NCBI GenBank assembly: GCA_008632985.1
Contig: QPGO01000008.1
Coordinates: 476,979-540,978, forward strand
Source of the DNA: Psammoneis japonica
Lineage: Eukaryota
Reading direction: 5' to 3'
Length of the DNA stretch: 64,000 nt
Of this stretch, positions 11,230-23,661 are shown piece by piece (position 1 is the stretch's first letter; each line of letters starts with the position of its first letter). A program made the position numbers and the translations under genes. The notes under the pieces were generated by a model that saw nothing but the letters and a program-made list of their open reading frames with translations, did no database searches and was not told where the DNA came from.

Positions 11230-14200
11230 TGCCCAAATGACAGATGCTGGTTGCCTCAGTTTTGACAAGAAGGTGTGATGCAAGGAGTCAACATGCCTCA
11301 CCAGATGGCCTTTGGGCATGTTTTTCTAGAGGCCATGGCCAGCAGTGCAAAGGTTAACACACAGGACCCAGCCAGAGGACAGAGTGGAGAGCTGTGCGGC
11401 AGTGCCAGGGTGGGGTGGGAGTTGACAATGGCAGCAAACCTCCCAACATGGATTTGCTCAGCAGCTCAACAAATGGAGTGTGTGCAGCTGTTGTAGAGAG
11501 AAGAGGGCTGAGCCAAACACAGTGCACAGCAAGCAAAACAAAGCCATGCAGAAAGCTGCAAGAAAAATGCAGGAAGCTGTGGATGGGCAAGGTCCGCCAG
11601 ATGGCTCACTCCAAAGCTGTCATAAATTTCAGATGCCATGCAGCCATGAGCCATGGTGGCTCAAGATGAGACAGTCCTCAAATGGAGCCCACTTGAGTCC
11701 TGGATGGTGCATGAGTCAACCAGAACTGAGTTTGGGCAGAGGATTCCCCAACATTGTGCAAATCAAGGAAATGGCACGGAGCTCAAAATGGGCCCTTGAC
11801 AAACCCAAAGAGTGTGCAAGCTGCTGAGTGCATGGCAAAAAAGCAGGCACCTGGCCGTGGGACAGATCTGTGGCAACAGCTGAGAAAGGGAGCAAACAAA
11901 ATGCAGAGAATGTCCAGAAGCAACAGCTTGTGATGCAAACAACGACAACAATCTCCCAATCTCCTGCACACAGAACAAAGAGAGCAAATGAGAAGCTGCA
12001 GGGCAGAGGGCTGACTGTGGTCACAGCCCGGTCATCCTGGAGCAACCTGAGAGAAATTGGGGAGGACAGACTGGCAAAGAGATCATGGGGGCTTGGGAAA
12101 ATGAACAAAGGTTTCATCAGGGCAGCCACACACAATTTTCCTTCAACCTCCACTCTCTCAGGTCTCAGCATGTGGACATCTGGAGGCACATGGACTGGGC
12201 CCAGTCTCTGATGCCCCCCCCCCGTGGGACACTGCTGGCCACCTGAGGAGGAACTGGGTCAGGCAGCGAATGAAAACTCTGGTGCAATGACACCCACAGT
12301 GGATCCTCTCTGACTCCAACATCAACAGCAATTGCTGGCAAGGAATGCATCCACAAGAGCTGGTCAAAAATGAAGAAGCACATGGCAGCTGGACACAGCG
12401 GCACTCATTTTGGACATTTCAAAGCAGTTCATCATGGCACTCAACTTGCAGATTTTTTTGTGGCCATGGCTGATGCACCACACTCTTTTAGACAGAGTTC
12501 TCACCTGACATTTGGAAAGTTGGCCTCAGTGCCACATTGTGAGAAGAAGAAGGAAAATTTCAGAGCAGATGAGCTGCAGAATGAATGTTCTCATCTGTGA
12601 GGCACACAAGAAATCACAGTCACACAACTCATGAGAACATTTGGGAGGGAGACATTGGCTCACACACAGCAAAGGAAAGGGGAGCAATTGAAAGGGAGCA
12701 GTGCAGTGGCAACAGGAGAGCACCATTGAGACAGGCAGGTTGGCTGGTTCATTGCACCAAAAACAACCAATGATGACATTTCAAGGATTGGCTCCTGTCA
12801 CCCTCACCAGCAGGACCACCAGCATGTTAAGACCTCCGGGTCACTTTCCACAAAAGACACTGTGTGGGATGATGTGAACCTTCCACCACCGCAACAAATC
12901 ACTGAGTTGTTGACAAGGATGAACTTTGTGTTGCCAACGCTGAACGCACAATGAGATTTAAACATTCTGGTGCCACAGATCGCCAGAAGATTCAATTGGT
13001 TGTGGTCCGAATGACATCAAACCAAAGAGACAATGCACCGGCCCCAGCAACAATGCCGACTCAATGCCAAACCAACATGAACAAGCGCAAACAGAAAGAA
13101 ACAGAATGAGTGTGCACTCATGTGTTTCATGCAGCAATTGCAACAACATGCTCATGCCTTTTTGCAATGCTGCTGCCATTCATTCTTTTAGAGAAGTCAA
13201 AGAAAAAAACAACCCAAATCCATCCGGAAGAGCTGAGGTGTCCTTTGGGAGCAGTTGAAACAAAGCAAGAAAAGAAACAGAATGAATGAGTGTGTTCACA
13301 CATTTTGTGCAGCAATTCCAACAACACACTTGCACCTTTTTTCCCCAATGATGCTGCTCTTCATTCTTCCAAAGCTTCAAAGAGAAGAAAAACCATTGCT
13401 GTCCACATGAGCTGTTCTTGTGTCCTTTGGGAGCAGATGCAGAAAAGAAACAGAATGAATGAGCATCCACACATTTCGTGCCATCAACTGTCATTTCCCA
13501 CTTGGAAGGTCAGTTTGATTGTGGACAGGCAGATGCAAAAACAATGTTGAAATGAGCGGACATGAGAAATTGTCAAGAACATGTGTGCAAAGAGACTGAT
13601 TTCCATTGACTGCTAAATCCCACTTGGAAGGTTCAAACAATTGCCAATTCCCTGGGTTGATTGTTTGGGACTTGTTTTAAGAAAACAGGATTTTGAACAA
13701 GAGAGTGTGAATTCTGAACAAGAGCCACAACATTTTCCAGATGCAGTGGCAACAAGAGAGCACCATTGAGCCTGCAACAAATTGACAGTTGGCTTTTGAG
13801 GACCTGACTCTGCTTGAAAGCATTGCTGCAGGCCTGAGCTCACTGGATGCAAAATCATGCTTTGACAGGGTTGTGCATTCAACTGTGGGAGTCAGTCCTG
13901 GGAACCAAGATTGGCAAGGTGCCCATTGAGATGATGTTCTCCATGCTCAGCAACTTTTGCACTGTGACAGCACCCATTGTGGGACATCTGAGCTCTGCTT
14001 TGGAGGAGCCAAGGTGTGGAGAAGATTCCAGGAATGGGGCAGGGAAATGGGTGGAGTGGGAGCACTTTCTGTTTGGGCTGCACCAGCAAGTCCTTTCTCT
14101 TGGAGGAAAGAAGAGCAAAGTTCACACACACCCTGCAGACAGAGAAAGCAGCACAGTTTGTCAGTTTTTGTTTTGTGTGAATGGTTTTGACAGCCTTGAA

Positions 14201-16680
14201 CACCCAGGGGAGCAGGGGGAAACACTGCTGTGGAAGCAGCACTGGTGCACATTGTGCAGGAGACAAATGACCTGCAAAGAAGGCCAGGGTCAGGGCTGAC
14301 AGCTGCAGCAGCACAAAGAGATCATGCCAGAAAAAAACTCATGCTGGTTGTGGCTGGACTCAAGTGGAGGCAATTCCAAGGAAACTGGAGCCATGCAAAG
14401 GTGGATGATTTTGACTGCCAACTCTCTCAGTCAAGGACTTGAGCAAAACTGAGAGCCCATCAGATGCACCAGCAGGGCAGAGAAAGCAGAGAGGGCCTCA
14501 GTGGCAAGGCTTGTGGTTGACGAAATGACTGGGGAAGGTGAAGTGCCTCAGGCCAGCAGCAGAGGACTGGGCAGAAAAAGCACAAACTGGTTGCCTCAAC
14601 CACCAGGAAGAGTGCGCATGGCTTGACCTCACCATGGCAGCTGCAAAAACCTCAGCGCATCCACCACTGCTGACACTGGTGATCATGAAGAACCAAATGA
14701 AATGTGCTGCAGCTCCAGCACCAAAGTGGGGATTGCCAGGAGCAAAGGGGTGTCTGCAGGAACATGGCAAGGGGCACAGCATGTGGCCCCACAACCCACC
14801 AGGGTCTGGGAACTCAAAACTTGATTCACAACAAAGTGCTTGTCCCAAGTGGCCACACTTCTCAAACAGCAAAGGACATGATCACATGAGAGCTGGTGTG
14901 CAGGCAAACTTGCAGCAATGCCAACTTGAGCCAGGCACACCAGGGCAGTTCCTTGACAACAGTCTTGGTGGCTGTGCCATGCAGCAGTCACCTGCACAAC
15001 ATGCCACCTGGATCAAGGACATGTGGAAGCATTGCAAGTTTTACATTGAGCTGGATGTTCCAACTTTGCTGCCTCACAGGAGTGATGACAAGTTTCTCAT
15101 CCCTGAGTGAGCTGGCTGGGGAGAGCAGGTTTCAAAGGGAAGAAACTCAAGAGACTCAACCCCTTTGTTGGTGCAGGAAATCATGGCATTGGATGTCACA
15201 GTGGAAGGTGGATGGAAAGCATGTTGCAAGACTGCTGCTGGGGGAAGCTCCCCTGCATTTCATGACCCCTGTCCAAGAGCACTTTGACTGCCTTGAACAA
15301 CCAAGGTCACCCAACATGCAGGACAGCTGGAGGCAGGGGGTGGAAGGAAGTGCTGGAGCACATGAGCAAACAGAACAGCAACAACCCCTTGCAGAAATGG
15401 ACAGACAAGCAAAGAGAAAAATGGCCTCCCTTCATGAGCACAGCACAGAGGAACAGATGTGCATGAACAAATGCAAAATTGCACTTGGAAGTGTTGCACC
15501 CCAGTCTCAGGCAGAATGACAAGATCTGGACAAAGGTGCTGCAGATGTGCAGGAGGGGAAATGGCCAACACCCCGCCCCAAACAACATGGTCCAAACAAA
15601 ACTTTGTTGCTCAGACATGACAACAATGGCAGCAGGAGCAGCGCCAGAGATGGGCTTGCAAGAGGAAGTTGCTCCCATCCACTCAAGCAAGGCAGTTGAG
15701 AACCTGCATCCAGACATCTGTCAGTTGGCAGAAGGTTGTAAAAATGATGATGATGGGGCAGAGATTGCCCAGACAATTTTAGATGGTGCTGAGATTGAAG
15801 CCTCTCAGATGGCTCCCACCAACAAGGCAAAGGGACCTGTGCATGGGTCATGTGGCAAGGAACAGAGGATGATCACAAAGCAGATTGATTTGACAAAGCA
15901 AGAGAGGGCCTGGTGGTGTGGAGCAGTGGCAGTGATGACCCCTGCTTCTTGTGAACTCTCAACAGAGCAGCGCAAGGGAAAGCGATGATTGGCTGTGATG
16001 CCAGCCAGGCTTCTTTGCAAAACTCCACAAACCCGGGCGCTACAAGCTTGTGGCACACCACAAACAATGAGATTGCTTTCCTCTGTTCACCTCTGTCTGC
16101 ACAAACTGCCAAGTGAGTGGGACCCAATCTGTGTCAATGGACACCCAATGACCACATTTTGCCTGCAAGCTCCTGGGGCTTGTTTCCACTGCCCCAAAAG
16201 AGTGTTCATGTGGGTGCAAGAAAAAAAGAGAGATTGGCAGAGGCAAAGGAAACTCAACACAAGCTGTGAATCCAGGGTGAGATGCAGCCCTTTTGGACAG
16301 GAGACAGGAAGACAATGTCAAACTCAGCAACAGAAACAGGGTGCTCCAATGCCAGATGGACAAAGAGAGGTTTTTGTGCCAAGAAGTGAAGGAGGTGGCT
16401 GGGATTCCCAGGAAAAAGCTGTCTTGGACTTGAAACCATCCAGAAGATGGTGGGTTGCTTTGTGCGCATCTGGGCAGTGTGGAGTGAACAAGGTGCTTTT
16501 GCAGTGGCTGGAGCAAACAACCCATCCAGTCTGGCCTGATTTCTTGATTTGTCTTTTGGTGTCACCAAGTCTAAGAAATTTGTCCTTGTGCACTTTCAAA
16601 GATGAGCTGCTGGTGCTTTCAACTTCACAAGTGTGTTCTAAGCAGATGCTCTTGGTCTGCCATTTGATTGATGCAACTTG
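11230..16680 (+). mobile_element. Decayed non-LTR retrotransposon (LINE) with RT and probable C-terminal RNase H, diatom type (tentatively Ambal-like)
   Basis: Remnant motifs: KLQGRGLTVV (~11990); SGTHFGHFKA (~12398); EKKKENFRADEL (~12541); DAKSCFDRVVHS (13846-13881); GMGQGNG (~14030); GLPGAKG...GSGNSKL and TWIKDMW (14730-15030); RNase H-like IGCD and NGH near 15990-16145. Confidence 0.75.
12731..13741. mobile_element. ~1 kb insertion inside the LINE RT, flanked by a 29-bp direct duplication and containing ~180-bp tandem repeats
   Basis: tgcagtggcaaca(g/a)gagagcaccattgag occurs at 12702-12730 and 13742-13770. Tandem units begin at ~13090, ~13268 and ~13441 (aagaaacagaatga...gtgtcctttgggagcag). 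Confidence 0.7.
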
Positions 16681-17350
16681 AAGTTGATTTCAAGTTTTTA
16701 AGAAAATGCTGCAGGATTTGCAGAAATGCCCCCAGAAAAAGATCCAAAAATTGCCTTTCTCACTTGCTGAGGACATGGCTGCATTTGCATTTGAATTTGA
16801 ATTTTGTTTTAAATTGGCCAAAGCCAGTCTAGAAAGGAGCACAGCAAAGATCATTTTTGATCAAGGAGGTGCCTCCAACCAGTGGAGGAGGTTCTGCATG
16901 CACTGGCTTGCCATGAGGAGAAGGGGCAAGGTGGAGCAGCAAGGGCACAAATGCTCACAAAAACTGTGGCTGTGGTCATTCAAGGCAGGTGCTGACCCCA
17001 AAATGATGAAAATGCTGCTGCAGCCACTGTGAGAGTTGAAGGATGATGCACACATGGAGTGCGCAGCACTGCAGAATGAACCAACCCAGGATGCCACTGA
17101 TGCACAAGATGTGCTCAGATGGAGCCGGGGTTTGTGAAAGGGTGTGTGGCCCAGGATTGGAAAGTTCGCAGGAGATGGTGCCTGCTGCTGCCAAGCCAGC
17201 TGCTTCTGACCATGCACCTCAATGCTGCACTTCAGCTGCCCCTTGCTGTCAAACCTGGTGTTTGCTTTTTTAGCATGAAACTGCAATTCAACAATTTTCT
17301 GTGAGACTTGCTCCTGACATCATGTGGCTCTTTTTGCGCCTGTGTGCACA

Positions 17351-18267
17351 CGACTTGTTCCAGACTTAGGTGGCGCGCATAATGCCCCTTTTCGCAGAAA
17401 AAATAAATTTTTTATGCTTTATACAACAACGTATATATTTCATTAAATTGATCATATTTAATGGCTTCTAAGTAAAATAAACAGAATAAACTCGAACAAA
17501 CAAACAGCCAAACCGGCCATGGCTTTCAGTGACCATGACGGCCCACTTTTTTCAGCCTTATGGAAAATTGAATGTCATGACCAGGACCTCCGTATTTGAT
17601 ATAGTCTGTGTCATCAACAACAATAGTGAAAATGCTTCTTGAAGGCTGCAGCGCGGCACAATAATGCTAAAGCTGTCAGCAACAACAATTGAGCCTCAAT
17701 TCACTCACAATTTGCCTCTAAGGACCATTTCTTTTCCATTGCCATGTATATTTCCTCAATATATTCGAATAATTCAAGTGTATCAATCGTTTATGCCTTT
17801 TAAACAGTGAAAAATGGTCCGAAGTCGACGCCATTGCGTGGGCTGAGCTACACTTCTTCTCACGTCGTCCCAATTTTATTAATCAACGGATGCTTTATTC
17901 GATCCGTTGAGTGTAACTCATATTAGCGTATTTAAACAAAACATTAATTATGCTATGTTAAAGACTTAATTTATATATGAGAATAATATTTTATATGTAT
18001 CTTGATACATTTAGGCTTATATAAATCGCTCATCGGAAAACCGAGCTCTCAACTTACGGTACAATTTAGCGACTAATAACCCAGTCCATCCACAGTTTCG
18101 AATACATGGGTACACGCACAAGACCTTTCTGTATGTACCCATAACAACACATTTGAAAATTGTTATGTTTTTACTATCGAAAATGGTGCCGCAAGTGTGG
18201 ACCGCGCGTTTCATGCGAAAAGGGTCATTTTTTCGCGCGTGAGCGCACCTAAGTCTGGAACAAGTCA
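17351..18267. mobile_element. Non-autonomous TIR element (MITE-like), 917 bp, AT-rich
   Basis: Perfect 21-bp inverted repeat gacttgttccagacttaggtg (17352-17372) / cacctaagtctggaacaagtc (18246-18266), extending imperfectly inward (cccttttcgca / tgcgaaaaggg). The interior retains TpA and CpG. Confidence 0.88.
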
Positions 18268-19314
18268 CACCATGAAATGTGTCAACTCTGCCTTTGGCTG
18301 GTGGGTGGGCCGGAGTGGAACATTGACAGCATTTGTTTCTCAGAGGGTTGGGTGTGTGTTGGGTTGGGTGTCATGGATGTCTTTGTTGGGCATGCCAGTG
18401 GTGTGACCATCTGGAGGAACGGGGGGAGTTGGTGTTCTGTCACGATTGCTTCCACACATCACAAGTCAGGCTCAATGGCAAAATTTTGCACTCCAGTCTT
18501 GGTTGATGCAAAGGTGTGACACTCATTTTCAGCATTGTGTGGACACTGAACAGGTTGCAGGGTGGCTGGCATGCAAAGGTGTGACACTCGTGTCTTTGAC
18601 CGATGCGCCAGCAGCACTGCGAGGGGGGGGAGTTGCTGGCCGCAGGGGGCGCGGCGCCACCATCTGGATCTCTCCAGGGGACCGACACAGCACAAAAATC
18701 TTTCTCTGTGGTGCTGTCCAGGCATCTTCAGGAAACAGGCAAGACAGAAAAAATTCTTTGCTCAGGGCGCTGGGCAGTGCAGCAGCAGGGATGATGTGGC
18801 GCTGTCTCTGGGGGCGGATGTCTTCAGAGGACTGATGCAGCAGCAGGAAAAACTTTCATCCAACCAGACCACTGAGCAGTTAATGATGGCCATTCAACCG
18901 AGTTTTTCTCAAAAACAAGGACTCCTTATCTTGGGTGTTTTACTGCTGCCTGAGGCCTGGCCTGGCTGTCTGAGGGGCCCGACGTGTCTATCCGTCCATC
19001 GGACCAAGGGAGGCAGGGTTTCACGCTTCGCAACTCCGAGTGTAAAACGTTCAGGAATGATTGTTTTTATAATGACTGTTTTCACTTTAAAACTATTTTT
19101 CGAATCTGTTGATAAACATATTTATCTTCTCTACAATTTGAATACAATTAATTTTTGGAATCAAGTACGGAAAACCCCGTAGGCTCAACGGCTAGCGCTG
19201 AATATCAATATTTCAATATATCAGTGATCATATATGTGTATGACAAATCGCATTCCAACATTGCAACAGAATGGTCACAAAAACAACGTCAAACATCAAA
19301 ATCAGCAACTCACG

Positions 19315-20610
19315 ATGAGATTTACCACCGCTTTGCTTACAATCTTGCTGGCCAATGGGCCGGAAGCGTTCATCTCCCACCCACGGATGCACAGAATATC
19401 CACCGATTTGTTCAATTTTCGTGAATATCTCGAGCAACGCCACAAGGCACAAACTGCCTTCAACAACGGAGCGAGTTCACCACCACCACCATCATCTGCC
19501 GTCGGCGGGCAAGGTTATGCGGAACTAGCAGGATCACCCGGTGGGCTAGCATCTGACTATTTGAATGCAGCTCAAAGTTCTGTTTCGGGTCAGGCTTCTG
19601 AACATCTGAACAGAGCTCATGGGTCCGCCGTAGTCGAAAGAGCTGCAGAATTTCTATACGGAGGAGCCCAGACACCTGTCGGCGTGGGACAAACCCCTGG
19701 ATTATCGAATGGAGCTCGGCTTTCTACTGTTCGACAACCTTCGGAGCAAATAACTGGAGTGCAAAACGGACCCCAGGCTCCTATCTTTGGACAACCTTCT
19801 GAACAGCTGAACGGAGCTCCGTCACCCATCGCCGGACACACTACTGAACAGCCCAATCGTGAGGTCTCTTCGGTATCGCATGCGACATCGACTCCGGCCA
19901 CGTCAAGGTTTGAAGCGCTTGAAGCAGAGTTAGCGGCAAAAGAGGAAGAGAAAGCTAAGATGAAGGTAGAGAAAGAGAATGCGCTCCTTCAGGATTTTCA
20001 GGAACGGGAGCAAGTGCTACAGAGGGAAATGGAGTTCCTCATTTTACAGCTTCGGGAAGCAAATGAGAGAATATTTTCCAATGACGCTGTTAATAGAGAA
20101 ATCATTGAAAGCAGGGACAAGGTCGAAAAGGAATTTAGCGATTTCAAGCAGCAGTATAAAACCGACAGCAAGGAGTGGGAGGCAAAGCTGAAAAAAGAAC
20201 AGGAGGAGCACAACTCTCTGGCGCTAGAGTCACGACAAGAGCTCGAAAAGCTTCACGCTGAAATTGACAAACTAAACAAAGAAAAGTCGGAGATGGAGTT
20301 AAGTAACAAACAAGTGGAAGAATATGAGGAGAAGCTGAAGCAGGCAAAGGCCAAAGCAGACAAGAGTGAAAAGAAGTGTTCCGATCTCGAAGGAGAGCTG
20401 AACACGCTTCTGACCAGGTACTCAACAGAAAGTAAACTATGGGAACAAAGTTTAAAGCAAGAAACATCACGTGACAAGGAGATTGCCGAAGCCATGGCAG
20501 AGGTGGAGAAACTGAAAGAACAAGTAGCAAAAGTGGAAGCTGAACGCGATCACACAAGGGGCTTGTTTGAACGATCAATGATGCTCGTGCTTCAAGATGA
20601 GCAGCAGTAG
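19315..20610 (+). CDS. Signal-peptide (probably plastid-targeted) long coiled-coil protein
   Basis: MRFTTALLTILLANGPEAF signal with AF cleavage motif, low-complexity linker and E/K-rich heptad region; ORF ends at TAG 20608-20610. Confidence 0.75.
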   Translation: MRFTTALLTILLANGPEAFISHPRMHRISTDLFNFREYLEQRHKAQTAFNNGASSPPPPSSAVGGQGYAELAGSPGGLASDYLNAAQSSVSGQASEHLNRAHGSAVVERAAEFLYGGAQTPVGVGQTPGLSNGARLSTVRQPSEQITGVQNGPQAPIFGQPSEQLNGAPSPIAGHTTEQPNREVSSVSHATSTPATSRFEALEAELAAKEEEKAKMKVEKENALLQDFQEREQVLQREMEFLILQLREANERIFSNDAVNREIIESRDKVEKEFSDFKQQYKTDSKEWEAKLKKEQEEHNSLALESRQELEKLHAEIDKLNKEKSEMELSNKQVEEYEEKLKQAKAKADKSEKKCSDLEGELNTLLTRYSTESKLWEQSLKQETSRDKEIAEAMAEVEKLKEQVAKVEAERDHTRGLFERSMMLVLQDEQQ

Positions 20611-21492
20611 CTATCACGTCTTGGGAGGAATAGTGTTTTTACAATAGTTGGTGTTGTATTGGCAGGAAAGGCTGCGTTCGGGCGCTGATGCCAGTTCGCA
20701 GTGTTGGCGCGCGATGTCGGCGGGGAAAAGATTTAGGCCCTACCTAAAGGTCGAGGATTTATTTGTAAGGGGGCATCTTTTAAAAGTTGGGAATAAAATA
20801 GCTTTCGTTTAAAGCATTTCTGCATATTTAATGCTGTAGTAGGGCCCTAGCACTAAAAACTAAAAAAAGTCGAAGTGCTGGTCGTCCGCGAGGGAAGAGA
20901 AAGAGTCAATCCACCCTTTCAGAAAATTTCGTTTCCATCAATACATCACAGGGCCTTCACCTATAGGTTATTGAATATCTATGCCCACTCTACTACAAGA
21001 AGATTGAAGATGGCAAGCTAGGTTGATACCTTATTTCTCTCTACTCTGCTCTATTAGCTCTCTACTCTAGAGAGTAGAGACTGTAATAGAGAGGAACCGT
21101 AGGCCTTAAGTACCTTTACCGGGGGGCCTGGGGCGCCGGGCGGCATGCCTCACACCGCGCGCGAGAGACGCATCATGGCATTGAGCTTTAGCGGTATCGT
21201 CATGACCGTGTTGCACTGCCGCCAAAACCCGAAGTACCAGTGCTCCTTACGGCTATAGATCTTTGTTTGAAGAAATTTCCCTGCAAAAAATGCCTTTTGT
21301 TCACATCACGTGGTTGCCAAAGGCTTGCAGAACGGCAGCCGTGCGCAAAGAGGTTGCCGACGCTGTATTGAAGGCAAGGTGAAAAACTTCAGCTCTTACA
21401 TCACCACATCGCGATCAAGTGAGAGATCTAATATCTGATTTTATGTTTTCTGTCGTTCATACAGGCCATGGTGTCGGTGAAAAGCGCCGACA

Positions 21493-21810
21493 TTAGTCCG
21501 GACAATCTTGTGGTCCCGCAATAGCTGAGTCGAGAAGGCTGCGTTGTCGCTCCGCTTCACTGCAAGTGTAGGCTTCACCACGGACAAAGTTCGGAGCCTT
21601 GCCCTTGAGAACCGAATCCGGGAAAGCGACTGACTTCCCCGACTCACATAGGCTGCATGACGAATCCACATTTGGGCATCCACAGTAAAATTGATAGTCA
21701 TCGATTGAGTCACAGACGTCGCGAGATTCTCCGAAAGCGTGGACCGCTACCAAAAGGACATAGTATGAATCCAGATCTGCAGGCGCCTCAAAAGGAGGGA
21801 GCTGAGGCAT
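21493..21810 (-). pseudogene. Fragment of a Cys-rich repeat (CSLC...P...TC) protein
   Basis: CDSIDDYQFYCGCPNVDSSCSLCESG...PDSV...YTCSEAE resembles diatom Cys-rich surface-protein repeats. No signal peptide; directly abuts the RING gene's 3' end. Confidence 0.4.
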
Positions 21811-21872
21811 TTTTAAAAGAGAGGGAATAAATACGAAAGTAGTCTCTGGTAGTCTTGACACGCCATGCAGCT

Positions 21873-22724
21873 TCAGTTCTTTTCTTGTTGCTTATCGTCC
21901 TTCCAGAAACACGAAAGATTCGGACACTTGGAGGAATTAGTTTGGAGCCACTCGTCGATGCACGACTTACAGAAAACATGTTGACAGGGCAACCGACGTA
22001 ATTCTGTTCCATCTGGAAGCTTCTCAAACACTTCAAGACAAAAAATGCAGTGACTGCTCATGCTTTTCGACGCTGGTTTACCTGTTTGGCCAATAACTAT
22101 CGTCTCAAAACGACCAACGTCGGACTCTTCTAAAGTGGACTTTTTGTTCTTGGAATCCAGCTGCAAAAGCAACTCAAAGTCTTCGGGCGTAATGTCATCT
22201 CCATCTAGAGCTATTTCCATGAGCCGTTCGTATTGTGCCTCATCTTCAATACCAAGATCATGAGCAGACAACATGTTTTGTTCGTTGTGCTCCAGTAGTT
22301 CTTGATAGAGTGTGCCGCCTTGTTCCTCCCTAGTTAGAATGTCTCTTGATTGGTAATTTTCTTTCTTCATTTCGTCCCACTTGTAATTCCATTCTTCTCG
22401 TTTGGCATTTCGATCATCCAGCTTTGCTTGTTTGCGTATTTCACGTCTTCGTGCTTCACGAGGCTTCAGCGATTTTCGCTTTTCCTTGGCTTCCTTTTTA
22501 CTTAAAGCATTTCTCCTATACTTGGAGCGCACTTGCTTACCCGCTTTTCGGCTCGATTTACTTGAAAATTTCCGTTCAAACTCCTCTTCATCCGAAATGC
22601 CAATGTCGCACTCGTACACATTGCGGGCATAATCGCTGCGGCTTCTCGACTCAATCTGCCACTCTGTCGAGGAACAACCAGTGCAACGACATTCTACAAA
22701 TGATTCGTGAGTCGGGTTGCTCAT
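21873..22724 (-). CDS. RING-H2 zinc finger protein (putative E3 ubiquitin ligase)
   Basis: C-terminal CIFCLE...LPCQHVFCKSCIDEWL...KCP, preceded by DITPEDFELLLQLD; likely start MSNPTHESF. Confidence 0.85.
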   Translation of the reverse strand: MSNPTHESFVECRCTGCSSTEWQIESRSRSDYARNVYECDIGISDEEEFERKFSSKSSRKAGKQVRSKYRRNALSKKEAKEKRKSLKPREARRREIRKQAKLDDRNAKREEWNYKWDEMKKENYQSRDILTREEQGGTLYQELLEHNEQNMLSAHDLGIEDEAQYERLMEIALDGDDITPEDFELLLQLDSKNKKSTLEESDVGRFETIVIGQTGKPASKSMSSHCIFCLEVFEKLPDGTELRRLPCQHVFCKSCIDEWLQTNSSKCPNLSCFWKDDKQQEKN

Positions 22725-23661
22725 TTTTTCAATGATCAATTTCTCTCGAAAATGTTTATTTCCTTCTTCCTTGGTCGTGCATCCGAGCAATCGTTTGTCG
22801 GTGCTCAACTTCCAAACTGTAGTTTGCGTTCTTTGCCTGCAATCCACAGATTTTGTTTCCGACAATGAAAGCAGCAACTAAACGCGAAGAGAAGTCGAGC
22901 GAATTCGAATGGTTCAGACGTGCATCATCGACTCCTCTACCTACCTAGAGTAGTACCTGCAGGATGCAGGACTAAAAGCAACAACTAAACTAAGAGATAC
23001 CGTAATAGCACCGGTACCGTGCGTGGCAAACACGACTGATATCTCTCTGTCAATTCACGACTCGATCGACTCACTCGCTCGAATTTGAAGCTTGAAGAAT
23101 CGCAAGATTGTGGAGGATGAGATTAGGGCCCTACCTACCTAATAATGGAAGGAAACGCACTATGTACTGTAGAGCTATGGAACCTAAGAGTAGAATAGAC
23201 AGCACAGACAGTAGATAGATGATAGATGTTATGGTGACCACTTCGTTCTCCTTGTCCTACTTCGAAGAATGTGGTGTGAGGAATCATGTTGCGGAAGCTT
23301 AACTCATTAGAGTAAGCATCGCGAAAACTGACTTGTTGATGGCTTCCCATGAAGCCATGAATCAGCAAAAAGGCGATTGATTAAGCAGCAGTAGCAGCAG
23401 CTAATGAAGATTCCCCTTCGAACGAAAAACATTCCTACATATCGGAGTTGTTTTTTTAACGTACAGTACGTCTTTTGATTTATGTATGTATGAATATTAA
23501 TAAGGCTATTCTCGTTGGAAGCATGGAAATGATTCATATTAGCCCGTCATTTGTCAACTTTCAAAAATGAAACGAACTCTTTTTGGTATGTCGATTCGGC
23601 GAATCCTGTTTTTGTCCGCCCAAATCGCACAAGCAAGCCCACCCTGTCTTACAACACACGC

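Noticed and set aside
13085..13500. Tandem repeats as a CRISPR-like array
   Set aside because: The units are long, diverged and contiguous with no unique spacers; the context is eukaryotic and there are no cas genes.
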